DNA of 64,000 nt from the IMG/VR virus record IMGVR_UViG_3300010224_000001, positions 160,001 through 224,000 of that record. One strand, 5' to 3'. The notes beneath the pieces were generated by a model. That model did no database searches. It was not told where the DNA came from and saw only the letters and a program-made list of their open reading frames with translations. The stretch is from a virus. Position 1 is the stretch's first letter. Each line of letters opens with the position of its first letter. Shown here one piece after another: positions 48,366-58,136 of this stretch. Both the position numbers and the translations under genes were made by a program.

Positions 48366-48664
48366 CACGCTTCTCCTTCAGGTTTGGTAACGATCTGCAG
48401 ACTGTGTTCCGGAAAGCCATGATTCCACTGATACTTGCTCTCGTGGTGTTTCATACCGAGAGCGTACAGCGGTGTCTGATCACAGTCACGGTGATGTGCT
48501 TTCACATACAACCGCTCACCTGACGGTTTGCCATCATCGTCGAGTAACTCCACCAGAGTATCCAGAGGAATGTTGTGCTGTTTTTCAGCGTTGACTTGAC
48601 GGTAGCTGCGACCTTGTGGATCGTCAGGATCTTTAAGATCAGCGATGTTAACAAGTTGGACCAT
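48365..48664 (-). CDS. Hypothetical protein
   Basis: HNIPL.TLVE...RDCDQTPLY. Confidence 0.7.
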   Translation of the reverse strand: MVQLVNIADLKDPDDPQGRSYRQVNAEKQHNIPLDTLVELLDDDGKPSGERLYVKAHHRDCDQTPLYALGMKHHESKYQWNHGFPEHSLQIVTKPEGEA

Positions 48665-48687
48665 GATATATTTTCCTTTCTAGTTGA

Positions 48688-49149
48688 TTATTCTGGAAGT
48701 TCAGTAACGATGTTGCGGATATGAACGTCTTCAGCATCGCCGTCTGGCTGATTGTCAATAATCCGTTTAACCATTACATGGAGTTTGCTTTTGTGACCTC
48801 TTCCTATTAGTAGCATAGGTAGATGTTTATTAGCAGGATGAAAACCATCGACGTAGACAACTTTACCTTCGTAGTTCTTAAGAAGATCAATGGTCTGATT
48901 GCGAAGACGTTTCCATTCTGTTTGCTTGTCTTCACGTTGTTTGGTTTGTTCTTCTTTGTAACGCGTATTGAATTTACGCACATGCCAAAGAATGCGAGGT
49001 AGTGTCAGTCGATCATGTCGCATGGAGGCAAGGACTCCTTTGCCACCAGTGACATCACTAGAGTAAGGTTGACGTTTTGCCATCCTTACTAGTTCGTCGA
49101 AGTACTCGCGAGAGATAACGATTTGATGAGGATCGTTATTTTCTTTCAT
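48688..49149 (-). CDS. Hypothetical protein
   Basis: ORF in operon. Confidence 0.6.
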   Translation of the reverse strand: MKENNDPHQIVISREYFDELVRMAKRQPYSSDVTGGKGVLASMRHDRLTLPRILWHVRKFNTRYKEEQTKQREDKQTEWKRLRNQTIDLLKNYEGKVVYVDGFHPANKHLPMLLIGRGHKSKLHVMVKRIIDNQPDGDAEDVHIRNIVTELPE

Positions 49150-49173
49150 TTTACTTATCCTTTCTAACGACCG

Positions 49174-49599
49174 CTAGTCACGTTCCGGATCGCCGTATTG
49201 CTCATAAGCCCTTGTCGGGTTACCCACAGTAGCAGCGCACAGAGTCACTTGCTTAGGTACGCGGTTAAACACGTGAGGAAAACGTTTCTTGGCTTCGTCA
49301 AACATGCCTTCTGGAGAAATACTCAGATCGTTAACGAAGATAATGCTGTTCGAACCGCTCCGAGTATCGACACTATAATCCCAGAACGCAATAGCGCAAA
49401 CACCCCAGCCGTCTAGACGGGAGAAGGCCGCCACGTAAGGTTGGGTATTGTCTTGTGGAGTTAATAGACCATCTAGCTTGCGAAGCTTGTTGTATTCAGC
49501 ACCCCAGAGCTGTTTCATCTTGTCGTCAAATAGATAATGACCAGCACCATGGTCGCAGCCAAAATAGAACCATTTTTGTTCTGATTCAGAAATTCGCAT
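49174..49599 (-). CDS. Hypothetical protein
   Basis: YFGC...AGHYL...FWDYSVDTRSGSNS. Confidence 0.7.
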   Translation of the reverse strand: MRISESEQKWFYFGCDHGAGHYLFDDKMKQLWGAEYNKLRKLDGLLTPQDNTQPYVAAFSRLDGWGVCAIAFWDYSVDTRSGSNSIIFVNDLSISPEGMFDEAKKRFPHVFNRVPKQVTLCAATVGNPTRAYEQYGDPERD

Positions 49600-49663
49600 T
49601 TTGTTCTCGTAACGTTATAAAGACGATTGCTACTTTGCGTAGCAATCGTCTAGTTGGAAGAAA

Positions 49664-50560
49664 TTAAACCTTTGGAGGAATCGGCGAAGCTGCTTGACCT
49701 TGGTATTTACCACCACGATCTTTATACGACACATCACAGTCTTCATCCGACTCGAAGAACAGCACCTGAGCGCAGCCTTCATTGGCGTAAATCTTAGCGG
49801 GCAACGGCGTCGTATTCGAGAACTCGAGTGTCACATAACCTTCCCATTCTGGTTCGAACGGCGTTACGTTAACGATGATACCGCAGCGCGCATAAGTCGA
49901 CTTACCCAGACACACAGTCAGAACATTTCGCGGAATGCGGAAGTATTCGACGGTACGGGCCAAAGCAAACGAATTCGGCGGAATGATGCAGACATCGCCT
50001 TTGAAATCGACAAAAGAATTGTTGTCGAAGTTCTTCGGATCAACGATGCAGCTATTAATGTTGGTGAAGATCTTGAATTCATCTGCACAGCGCACATCGT
50101 AGCCATACGACGAAGTACCATACGAGACGATCTTCGCATACAACCACAATTCACCATTTCGCATTTGCGCACCTTGCACATGCTCGCCGAGCTTAGCAGT
50201 CACCTCTTCATGCGTTGCGCCAGATAGTGCCAAACGTTCTTTATCTGTAGCTTTGCGCCAATCCCACCGCACCTGACCAGGTTCGAATGGTTCAATCATT
50301 GGCTTGAAACCATCGTCAACAGGTTCTGTCCGGATAATGGAGAACTTCTCTTTCTCAAAAGCTTCTTTACCCACAACCTGCTCGATCTCTTTATAGAAGA
50401 GTTCCGAACCAAACGGATTGTAGAGCGGTGTCGAAGTTTCTTTCTCTACGTGGCGAGTAGAACGCACATTATCGCGATGGCGAACATATGCTGTCGGTTT
50501 GGCGCTCATGCGCTTGATCCAGCGATCTGCCTTGATACCTGCGGTGGGTTTATCAAACAT
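49664..50560 (-). CDS. dcd: dCTP deaminase with two insertions
   Basis: [47 protein letters not shown]. Confidence 0.92.
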   Translation of the reverse strand: MFDKPTAGIKADRWIKRMSAKPTAYVRHRDNVRSTRHVEKETSTPLYNPFGSELFYKEIEQVVGKEAFEKEKFSIIRTEPVDDGFKPMIEPFEPGQVRWDWRKATDKERLALSGATHEEVTAKLGEHVQGAQMRNGELWLYAKIVSYGTSSYGYDVRCADEFKIFTNINSCIVDPKNFDNNSFVDFKGDVCIIPPNSFALARTVEYFRIPRNVLTVCLGKSTYARCGIIVNVTPFEPEWEGYVTLEFSNTTPLPAKIYANEGCAQVLFFESDEDCDVSYKDRGGKYQGQAASPIPPKV

Positions 50561-50596
50561 GGGAGCTTATTTCCTAGTTTTTAGTTGTTGATGAAA

Positions 50597-51160
50597 TTAG
50601 ACGTAAGTCTGCGAAAGGATCTTGGTTACCTGGAACAGTTCTGGTGAATTCTCAATACGCTCTTGCCGTTGCACGTAGATATTAACAGCGATCGTACTTT
50701 GATCAGCGCCCGCCATAGTTGTACCTGCAAAGATCATAAAGACATTTTGCAACTCAATCATGACCGTAGATTCTTCGACCAAATTAAGAATAGGCGTAGG
50801 GCTAAGTGAATCCTTGTACTCAGCACTACCGTTAAGAATGTCACGGATGATATCTACGTTTGCATTACTTACCTTTGTAGCGAATTCGGGGTCTACATAG
50901 AAACCCTTAAACTGTTCCATAGCGAGTTGCTCTACGCGGAACGCCAACTCGTAGTAAAGCTTCTTGAAGTGGGCAAGGAGTTTCTCATGCATAGACTCAT
51001 CTGTCTCTACATGAGTAAAGAAAAAGCGGTCGTGGTGATGTGCTTTGATCGAAGGGAACTGTGGGTTGTTCACAGCTTCCAGTTTCAGATTAGCCAAATC
51101 ATCAACTGTTTCTTTCGAAAGTTCTTTCGACAAAGCATCATAGTCTGCAAATGATTTCAT
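50597..51160 (-). CDS. Hypothetical protein (possible distant family B)
   Basis: LAMEQFKGFYV...IIRDILNG..EY. Confidence 0.65.
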   Translation of the reverse strand: MKSFADYDALSKELSKETVDDLANLKLEAVNNPQFPSIKAHHHDRFFFTHVETDESMHEKLLAHFKKLYYELAFRVEQLAMEQFKGFYVDPEFATKVSNANVDIIRDILNGSAEYKDSLSPTPILNLVEESTVMIELQNVFMIFAGTTMAGADQSTIAVNIYVQRQERIENSPELFQVTKILSQTYV

Positions 51161-51174
51161 ATCTGCATCCTTTT

Positions 51175-51639
51175 TTACATTGGAATATTGCCGTGCATCA
51201 GAAACTCGAATACAGCCTTGGATGCGTAGAAAAGAGAATGTTCATTACCATGCGTATAATCACGCGTCGTTTCGAACAATTCTTTACAATGCGGCAGAGG
51301 ACGGCGGAACATAACAGTGTAACGATTCTTAGCGTTAAGATGATCGATGTAAATCATCCGTTCACTCATTTCTTTCTCTATGCGGTCCGAGAATTTCCGT
51401 TCAACTGCCGTAAACTGACTGTAATCGAAGACAGGTTCCATTTTCACTACCATCACCATCACATCTTTGCGGTCGAGCGTGAAGGTAGGAATGTTCTCCG
51501 GAAAGAGTGCTAGGTTATAGTTTTTCTTTTGTGTGACAATGGGACGTATCAAATCACATACTGCGCCGATGAGTTCGACATGATGAGGTGCCGTATCCAT
51601 CAGACGTTTTGCTTCTTGTTGCGCTGCGATGTTATCCAT
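51175..51639 (-). CDS. Hypothetical protein
   Basis: ORF with RBS. Confidence 0.65.
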   Translation of the reverse strand: MDNIAAQQEAKRLMDTAPHHVELIGAVCDLIRPIVTQKKNYNLALFPENIPTFTLDRKDVMVMVVKMEPVFDYSQFTAVERKFSDRIEKEMSERMIYIDHLNAKNRYTVMFRRPLPHCKELFETTRDYTHGNEHSLFYASKAVFEFLMHGNIPM

Positions 51640-51699
51640 TCTTTATTCTTTCCTTCTATGATTGGAATAGCCTTTGTTAAGCTTGGACAGGCTTTATAT

Positions 51700-52194
51700 T
51701 TACAACGGGGTACTAACTAAATCAAACGTAACAATCTCGTGAATTCTGGTAACGATCATGCCGTCTCGTTCTACAAAACCACGCATACCAAAATGTAATG
51801 AGTTTATTTCGAGAAGCCTCTCAAAGAGTTTCGCATAAGGACCGCATGGAGTCGCATCACCTTTTACTACACCATCTTCTACACGGATATTCGTAATGTA
51901 GTGCGAGACATTGTCTTCGTGAATCTGCATAATGCGAGCTACTTGATGATGTAGTACGCCATTATTGCTATGCTTGACTCGAGCGTGTTTATCTTCACGA
52001 ACAATCGTATTGGTTTCACGGGTAGCTTTTATCGGTAGCGTTACGTGAGGCATTTGATGCTCACCCCGCAATAGGCCACGTTTTAACAAACGACCGAAGT
52101 TGAATGTCTTTACAGCTTCGGTATAATCGAGACCGGTCCTACTCGACACACCCGCCTTAAGCAGTTCAACAGTAATGAATTTCTTCTCTTCCAT
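51700..52194 (-). CDS. Degenerate prohead-protease (phiKZ gp175/T4 gp21-like) homolog
   Basis: LRGEHQMP...RIMQIHEDNVSHYI...TPCGPY...FGMRGF...IVTFDLVSTP. Confidence 0.6.
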   Translation of the reverse strand: MEEKKFITVELLKAGVSSRTGLDYTEAVKTFNFGRLLKRGLLRGEHQMPHVTLPIKATRETNTIVREDKHARVKHSNNGVLHHQVARIMQIHEDNVSHYITNIRVEDGVVKGDATPCGPYAKLFERLLEINSLHFGMRGFVERDGMIVTRIHEIVTFDLVSTPL

Positions 52195-52203
52195 GACCTA
52201 TCC

Positions 52204-52704
52204 TTATTCTGGCAAAATACCGGAGTGCATCCAGTTGAACGCATCTTTACCAGCATTGATATCCAGCTCACCGATGCCGTCACTGTAGTAATCATAAGTA
52301 CGGTGCGTGGCAAAATCAATCTTGCCCTCATGTTTACCCATGCAATGAAACCAGACGGTCAGTTTCTTTTCTTCTTGGTTGTCGCAGACGTAAACAACGC
52401 GCCGTGCCATGATCATACACCGTGCGGTATACTCATCGGAATCGAGCGTGATGATTACCTTGTGCGGATGCAGAGTTATGAATAAGCCAAGCGTATGTTC
52501 TTTTACGTTATCTGGTTTAGGAACATTGTCTAAAACCGAATGGATTGGTTCGAGACGATACGGTTCTTTAGCGCCGGTAACCGTAAAGGTAGCGTGTGTC
52601 TTTCCTACTTCAACTCCTAAACTCATTCCGAACTGATACATGACAGGACGGTTCATGAATTCTTGGGCGACTTCTTGAGATGCAGGGTGCGGTTTGGTGA
52701 ACAT
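52204..52704 (-). CDS. Hypothetical protein
   Basis: ORF in operon. Confidence 0.6.
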   Translation of the reverse strand: MFTKPHPASQEVAQEFMNRPVMYQFGMSLGVEVGKTHATFTVTGAKEPYRLEPIHSVLDNVPKPDNVKEHTLGLFITLHPHKVIITLDSDEYTARCMIMARRVVYVCDNQEEKKLTVWFHCMGKHEGKIDFATHRTYDYYSDGIGELDINAGKDAFNWMHSGILPE

Positions 52705-53009
52705 TCTTTCTTTTCCTTTACTCTATTTTTTACAACGTAACTATAGCTCATCGTGACTTGCCAAGGGAGAATGAAGTAATAGATCTGCTTAGCTTGATTT
52801 CTTATACCTTCCAAGTCTAAGCTCTCCCTCAGCTCGCGAGCTTTCATCAGAAACACAGTTAATGCCGCTTTCGCAATTGCAAACTCTTTGTCTGGCAGAT
52901 ATTCTTTATGTTCTTTTAACTGCTCGATATACCAGGCATAAATCTTGTAATACAAGTTATCCACTTCACGTTCTTCATCTAACGTGAGTATTTTCTTCAA
53001 ATTACCCAT
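52653..53009 (-). CDS. Hypothetical protein
   Basis: First gene after an early promoter. Confidence 0.55.
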   Translation of the reverse strand: MGNLKKILTLDEEREVDNLYYKIYAWYIEQLKEHKEYLPDKEFAIAKAALTVFLMKARELRESLDLEGIRNQAKQIYYFILPWQVTMSYSYVVKNRVKEKKECSPNRTLHLKKSPKNS

Positions 53010-53062
53010 GTATGATTCCTGCCTTGGACTTCGAAAGAAGATAGTGCACTATCCTCACCAAG

Positions 53063-53079
53063 GTTATATAGGTCCAAAA
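53063..53079 (-). promoter_or_regulatory. Putative early promoter
   Basis: TTTTGGACCTATATAAC on the minus strand, after a terminator. Confidence 0.5.
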
Positions 53080-53152
53080 TTATTTACTACTTTACACATT
53101 TGAAGAGACAAAAAAAAGAGAGGGGTGTTACCCCCTCTCAAAGGCTCTCACA

Positions 53153-53422
53153 TCACACATCAAACTTGCCAGTACTATTACTTTTATCTATTGCTCTTTC
53201 GATAGAGGCGTCAATTCCTGCAGAGACTGCAAGATGAAGAAGATGGTTTAACTCTTCTTCGGAAAATAGGTAAACAGGCTTTCGCGATGAACCGACCTTC
53301 ATCTTACTCAGCTTAGACGCACTAGCTTCATGCTTCTTGAGACTATATTGCCCTTTCAATATAGCAAGAGCCGAAATACGGAGCGCGTACTCGTGGTCGT
53401 AAGTGGGGTCGTGGCTACTCAT
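53153..53422 (-). CDS. Hypothetical protein
   Basis: ORF. Confidence 0.55.
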   Translation of the reverse strand: MSSHDPTYDHEYALRISALAILKGQYSLKKHEASASKLSKMKVGSSRKPVYLFSEEELNHLLHLAVSAGIDASIERAIDKSNSTGKFDV

Positions 53423-53447
53423 GTTAACACCTATTTATAGACGGTTA

Positions 53448-53681
53448 TCAAAGAGGATTACCAGAGATATCACACTGTGCTGCTTCTGCTGCTTTCGCGA
53501 GTCGTTCTGCCCAGACTTTAGCATTTTCATCAGCAGCCCGCGGACCTTGTGAGTCTGCGAGAAGGTTATAGAAAGTGCCGCCTCGCTGATACTTCTTTGA
53601 CGTAGGGTAGACGAGCAGCATCAAGTGCTGCCGACGACGCATAATCATTTCTTGCTGCTTTTGCTCTTCAGTTTCGGACAT
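53448..53681 (-). CDS. Hypothetical protein
   Basis: ORF. Confidence 0.55.
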   Translation of the reverse strand: MSETEEQKQQEMIMRRRQHLMLLVYPTSKKYQRGGTFYNLLADSQGPRAADENAKVWAERLAKAAEAAQCDISGNPL

Positions 53682-53794
53682 GATGTTCTCTTTCTGATTT
53701 CACTACCAGCTTTGGACAAATGATCAGCTGAGACTACACTGACATAATAAACAGACTAGCTACGATATTCGTAGCTAGTCTGGTGTTATTGTTA

Positions 53795-54160
53795 TTAAGG
53801 TTTATTGGCTTTGGAAGTAGCTACGTAAGTCTTCCAGATAGCGTCAACTGCTTCTATATCGAGATGCAGTGTTTCTTTTTCGGAGATCTGTTTCATGTTT
53901 TGCATCACACGTTTCAGATACTGCTTCACACTGATGAACATGTGAACAAAGTCCTTTTGGGAGTGTTCTTCTTTGTACGGTACGTTTTCAAACTTCACCG
54001 TAAAGTAAACATCACGCAGGACTTTCGGTTTCTGACGAGAAAACTGACTGATCTGACCACTTATCACAACACCTGCTTTACCAGCACAGCCATCCTTTGG
54101 CGCTTCCAAAGGTTCTTGCGAAGTAGTAATGTGAGTACGTTCGTTTGCTAAGGCTTCCAT
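53795..54160 (-). CDS. Hypothetical protein
   Basis: AAGGA RBS. Confidence 0.6.
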   Translation of the reverse strand: MEALANERTHITTSQEPLEAPKDGCAGKAGVVISGQISQFSRQKPKVLRDVYFTVKFENVPYKEEHSQKDFVHMFISVKQYLKRVMQNMKQISEKETLHLDIEAVDAIWKTYVATSKANKP

Positions 54161-54174
54161 CTTTATCCTTTTCG

Positions 54175-54717
54175 TTAAAACGTAGTTGGGAAATGATCAG
54201 CTCGAGTCACTACATCAAACGTCTCTGTAGGATGATCATGATCAGACATGAATTTGTTTCGTAAAGCGACAGCTTCATCGAATGTCAACCAGAGCGCGTC
54301 ATTCCGATGACCGAATATGCCATCAACCCTCAAGTAACACAGCTCCATTGGGTAATACAGCAGATAACGATGGCTTTGTTCCCAGTCGTGTGCTGCTGCC
54401 CACAGTTCATCTTCAACCCAAGCAATGCCTTGTTGAAGCAGGTGAAGATTAGCAGGAGGCACGCTAAGTGCTTTGGAAATTGCATGACGCACTTCACGAT
54501 AGAGATATGAACGATCGGAATAACCGCTACGAGAAATGATCACTTTCTGGAAACATACTCCGTATTCGCACTCCCGGTTACCTTGGTCATCATGCAGATA
54601 AAGCTTACTCCAATAAGAAAACTTGGTATCAGCTTTATCTTTCGCATCTGGAGTTACATCATCAAAAACCTTTACTTTGATTTGAGCATGCTGAATACCA
54701 GCGTTGGTGGGCGCCAT
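54175..54717 (-). CDS. Hypothetical protein
   Basis: ORF coupled to the upstream gene. Confidence 0.6.
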   Translation of the reverse strand: MAPTNAGIQHAQIKVKVFDDVTPDAKDKADTKFSYWSKLYLHDDQGNRECEYGVCFQKVIISRSGYSDRSYLYREVRHAISKALSVPPANLHLLQQGIAWVEDELWAAAHDWEQSHRYLLYYPMELCYLRVDGIFGHRNDALWLTFDEAVALRNKFMSDHDHPTETFDVVTRADHFPTTF

Positions 54718-55055
54718 TATTCTTTACCTTTCTCGACAGGAGCAGTGCGCAAATTAACCGCAACGAAGTCGACATTATCCACATACTTACCGAACTCTTT
54801 GATGGTGTAAGCACTCCAGATATCGGCTTCGTTGATGTCGTCTGTCCAAATGGGACGATAAGTGGCTACAAACGCGATCTGTTCCTTGACTTCTTCGATA
54901 GTCGGATTCTTAGCTTTCATCCAGCCTTGTTCACCCCAAATCCATTTCAGGATATTCAAGGTGTACAGCTTCGTCTCTTTGTGACGTGCGACAAAGATCG
55001 AAGAACGATTCGATTCATTATCGAGAATCTGCTGCTCTTTCTCATTAAGACTCAT
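54717..55055 (-). CDS. Hypothetical protein
   Basis: ORF in operon. Confidence 0.6.
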   Translation of the reverse strand: MSLNEKEQQILDNESNRSSIFVARHKETKLYTLNILKWIWGEQGWMKAKNPTIEEVKEQIAFVATYRPIWTDDINEADIWSAYTIKEFGKYVDNVDFVAVNLRTAPVEKGKE

Positions 55056-55069
55056 ACTCTCTATTTCCT

Positions 55070-55879
55070 TTATTCTTGATTATTAAATTTCAAATCAGTG
55101 AGCATTAACGAAGTGTTTGGCATCAAATCGTAAAAGTTACCGTCGAGTACATCGTAAATACGAGTCTGTAACTGATCATGGTCGAGCATACCACACAGCT
55201 TATTCACACCACGCTCCCACCACAACAAACTTCGAATTGCAAAGTTGTAGGAGCTTTTACCCAGCACAGTACAAGTACCAGAACATGCCGAAGTCATCAT
55301 CTCACGATGCCTTTGACTGGATGGGTCGTTACGAAACGCCGTAAAGGTCAGGTAGTTACCCAGATTAAGCTTGAGGTTATACGTCGGTTCACTACCCGCA
55401 GTATTCACAAACAAAGTACACTGCTTGCCTTCTTTGTCGTTTTGATACTCAACCATGCGAATCAACGAATTCCAGATAGAGTCTGCGTCATCCACATTGT
55501 CTTTACTGGAAGAAGACGTTTCTTGATTCTGTTTGGCCTGGCGAGCCATACGAGGCGAAGGCGGTAGCACAACCAACGGAAAAGCACGACCGTTGTTGAC
55601 TAACGTATTGGCCTGCATGATTTGATTAATGATGCTGTTATAAAAATAACGACGAACAGTATTACGATCCATTCGTTTGACATCACGGTCTTTAATTTCA
55701 TACTGCATGTAAAAGATCACGTGACGCTCAGCAACGTTATCAAACATCACGACAGACGTATGGGGGATACAATCAACGTCAGTCATGGTGCGTGGTGTCG
55801 GTGGCTGTAAGAACTTTACAGTAACGAATGGAAGTTCCAGCGGTTCAGGAATCCTGATGTTATTTGAATACGTCTTCAT
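55070..55879 (-). CDS. Hypothetical protein (paralog family E)
   Basis: LELPFVT...IWNSL...LNLGNY. Confidence 0.7.
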   Translation of the reverse strand: MKTYSNNIRIPEPLELPFVTVKFLQPPTPRTMTDVDCIPHTSVVMFDNVAERHVIFYMQYEIKDRDVKRMDRNTVRRYFYNSIINQIMQANTLVNNGRAFPLVVLPPSPRMARQAKQNQETSSSSKDNVDDADSIWNSLIRMVEYQNDKEGKQCTLFVNTAGSEPTYNLKLNLGNYLTFTAFRNDPSSQRHREMMTSACSGTCTVLGKSSYNFAIRSLLWWERGVNKLCGMLDHDQLQTRIYDVLDGNFYDLMPNTSLMLTDLKFNNQE

Positions 55880-55911
55880 GTATGCAAATTTCTTCTCTTG
55901 GTTATTGATTT

Positions 55912-56643
55912 TTAATAGGAGAATCGATAGATCTGTTTGATCTTCGGTTTGCCGCTTACGTCGATTTCAGCTAAGCTTAAACCATATTCACCATCCTTTC
56001 TAGCCTCCTCCATAAAGGCACCAGTATCCATGTAGACATGGTTACCGATCTGTGTAACAAAACGACTGATACGGTGACCTACGAACGAAAGAGAAAGACC
56101 TGCATGTTTCTCATGACTCACCCTTCGTTCAAAGAGTTCTTTACCCCATTGCAGTGAAAGTGGAACACGGCGATCTTTCACGTTAATGAGTTCATCCAAC
56201 TGAGTATCCGAACCATGGAACTCAGCATGGAATACGTTAAAGCGTCGTTCGCCCTCACCCACTACAATTACGATGGGAAGTTCAAACAACTTCTTCACAT
56301 ACTCCATGCGTTTCGCTCTTGGCATCTCTTCAGCCCAGCTACCGCCATGAATAATCCAGTTATCCCAGTTAAAGGCAATCCGTGGATCACATGAATCAAT
56401 GAAGATTTCCTCGTGATTACCGGCAGTGCTACGCACCCAGTCTTCGTCGAGCAAACCAAAGCATTTCTCCGATTGCGGTCCACGATCACCTAAATCGCCA
56501 GGTAGATAAAGAATGTCTTTCTCTTTATCAAAGTTGACACGATCGAGCAGTGTTTCTAATTGATGATAACAGCCATGCAAATCGCCAGCGACAAAGGTAC
56601 GCCCTTTGTCGTTATGCGGGTAGTACTTAATAACAGGAACCAC
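55912..56643 (-). CDS. Calcineurin-like Ser/Thr phosphatase (lambda NinI/PphA-like metallophosphoesterase)
   Basis: GDLHG, GDLGDRG, GNHE, VGH, DTGA; GTG start after AAGGA. Confidence 0.88.
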   Translation of the reverse strand: MVPVIKYYPHNDKGRTFVAGDLHGCYHQLETLLDRVNFDKEKDILYLPGDLGDRGPQSEKCFGLLDEDWVRSTAGNHEEIFIDSCDPRIAFNWDNWIIHGGSWAEEMPRAKRMEYVKKLFELPIVIVVGEGERRFNVFHAEFHGSDTQLDELINVKDRRVPLSLQWGKELFERRVSHEKHAGLSLSFVGHRISRFVTQIGNHVYMDTGAFMEEARKDGEYGLSLAEIDVSGKPKIKQIYRFSY

Positions 56644-56659
56644 TTTATTCCTTTCTTTG

Positions 56660-58069
56660 TTAAGGTAGCGATGCGAACGCCGTGTCGATTTCACGGGCCA
56701 TATGGTCCAGATAGCTGAGGTCTGGCGCGATGACCGGGGGAAACAGCGAGTTAGCAAACGTTGGAACAAGATAATGGCGAGCATCTTCACAATCCCACTC
56801 CATTGTAAACTGGCTGTTGCCAAACAGATCAAAACGACCTACCAGTGTAAGATTGATTGCGTTGCGGTGCGTGAGCATCGAGAAAACACGGTTTTCGATT
56901 TCTTCTTCGAAAGCTTTAATGTCTTCTTCTTTCACGAAGTCATCTACCCCGGCAGTGCCGATAACGTTAACACCAGTCTGTCCGTAGATATTGCTACCGT
57001 TAAAGTCCACTACTCGGATGCCATACTTCGCCATAATAGCCGGGACGCTATGTGCAATCGCACTAGCTGCTACCGTAGCTGCATCGCTACCTCCCCAGGA
57101 TTCATACTGCACGTCAGGGTTGCTCTGAGGAGTTACGTTGATATGGCAAACATTAAGTGCATTCGGATCCATGACACGCAGATCGTCCAACTTAATGTTG
57201 TTGATTGCCACGCCATTTTTAATCATAGCGAGTGCGCGCATAACGGGATTTTGCGTAACTGGCCGATCCATTACAAACCTTCTCAACGTCTCGATGTAAT
57301 GCATGGAATGACGATTCTTTACTTCACCAGCCGATTCCATTTGGATTGTTGCAGAGACATCAGTACTTACAATGGTTTGTAACCAGCTGCTCATATCTAC
57401 ATATTCGTAATCAGAAAACACAGGCGTGGCGACATGCGTTGTACGAAGATCCACAGTAGTCACACCGGCGACATTAAGCATTGGATCAGTAACAGAGGAC
57501 ATGCGAGCAAATACATCCATCGGACGAGTCCGTTGCATATTTGGCTTATCGACACCCACGTAATCAGGGTTCGCCAAAACCTGATAACCCTTGATGAGCT
57601 TCTCAGTACCATTCGGAGTGAGATACGAACGTACTTCAAAGATCGAATTGATCGTAAGGATCGTTTCTGGATCAAACAGAGCACCTTCTTTGTTTTCCCA
57701 AGGGCGATCAGTGTAACCGGAAACATAGTACTTGAACGGTCTTTTCGCGCCTGCGATCATACCTTCAATCTCGGCAACGAAACAAGCTACATCCATATCC
57801 CAGCTTTCGCCAGTTGCGGTAGGAAGTTTAACCGGATTACCGATGGAGCTAACATGAATCAGTCCTTCGATATACGGAATAGTGATACTGCTCGGGGTTT
57901 CTTCCGGACTATGCTTGCTATGTTCAGCAATCGCTTGATTGAGAAGCTGAAACTTCGGCAGAGTATCACTGTTGATGTTGGTGACGAAAGTGCGCAGGAA
58001 TTGCTGCTGATGTTTACCTCCAGCCATGAACTCAATGCTATTGATTTTGAATTGTACATTGTTCAGCAT
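56660..58069 (-). CDS. Divergent phiKZ gp69 (PicA/Imp1)-like protein
   Basis: Recalled family pattern: YYVSGYTD..FDP..LTINS, RPMDVF, QNPVMRAL, WGGSD..TVAAS.IA..VP.IM..GI..V.F..SN, DLFG, PTFANSLFPPVI; length ~470 aa. Confidence 0.55.
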   Translation of the reverse strand: MLNNVQFKINSIEFMAGGKHQQQFLRTFVTNINSDTLPKFQLLNQAIAEHSKHSPEETPSSITIPYIEGLIHVSSIGNPVKLPTATGESWDMDVACFVAEIEGMIAGAKRPFKYYVSGYTDRPWENKEGALFDPETILTINSIFEVRSYLTPNGTEKLIKGYQVLANPDYVGVDKPNMQRTRPMDVFARMSSVTDPMLNVAGVTTVDLRTTHVATPVFSDYEYVDMSSWLQTIVSTDVSATIQMESAGEVKNRHSMHYIETLRRFVMDRPVTQNPVMRALAMIKNGVAINNIKLDDLRVMDPNALNVCHINVTPQSNPDVQYESWGGSDAATVAASAIAHSVPAIMAKYGIRVVDFNGSNIYGQTGVNVIGTAGVDDFVKEEDIKAFEEEIENRVFSMLTHRNAINLTLVGRFDLFGNSQFTMEWDCEDARHYLVPTFANSLFPPVIAPDLSYLDHMAREIDTAFASLP

Positions 58070-58136
58070 GATGATTTTTCCTTTGACGTGAGCGTAAAAT
58101 TGGAATGATTAATTATTTGTTTTTCTTGTTACTTCT

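Noticed and set aside
50138-50503. Intein or intron in dcd
   Set aside because: The frame stays open, and there are no intein splice residues or group I intron features
56660-58069. gp68 sigma-like nvRNAP subunit assignment
   Set aside because: The motifs fit my recollection of the neighbouring gp69 family rather than gp68
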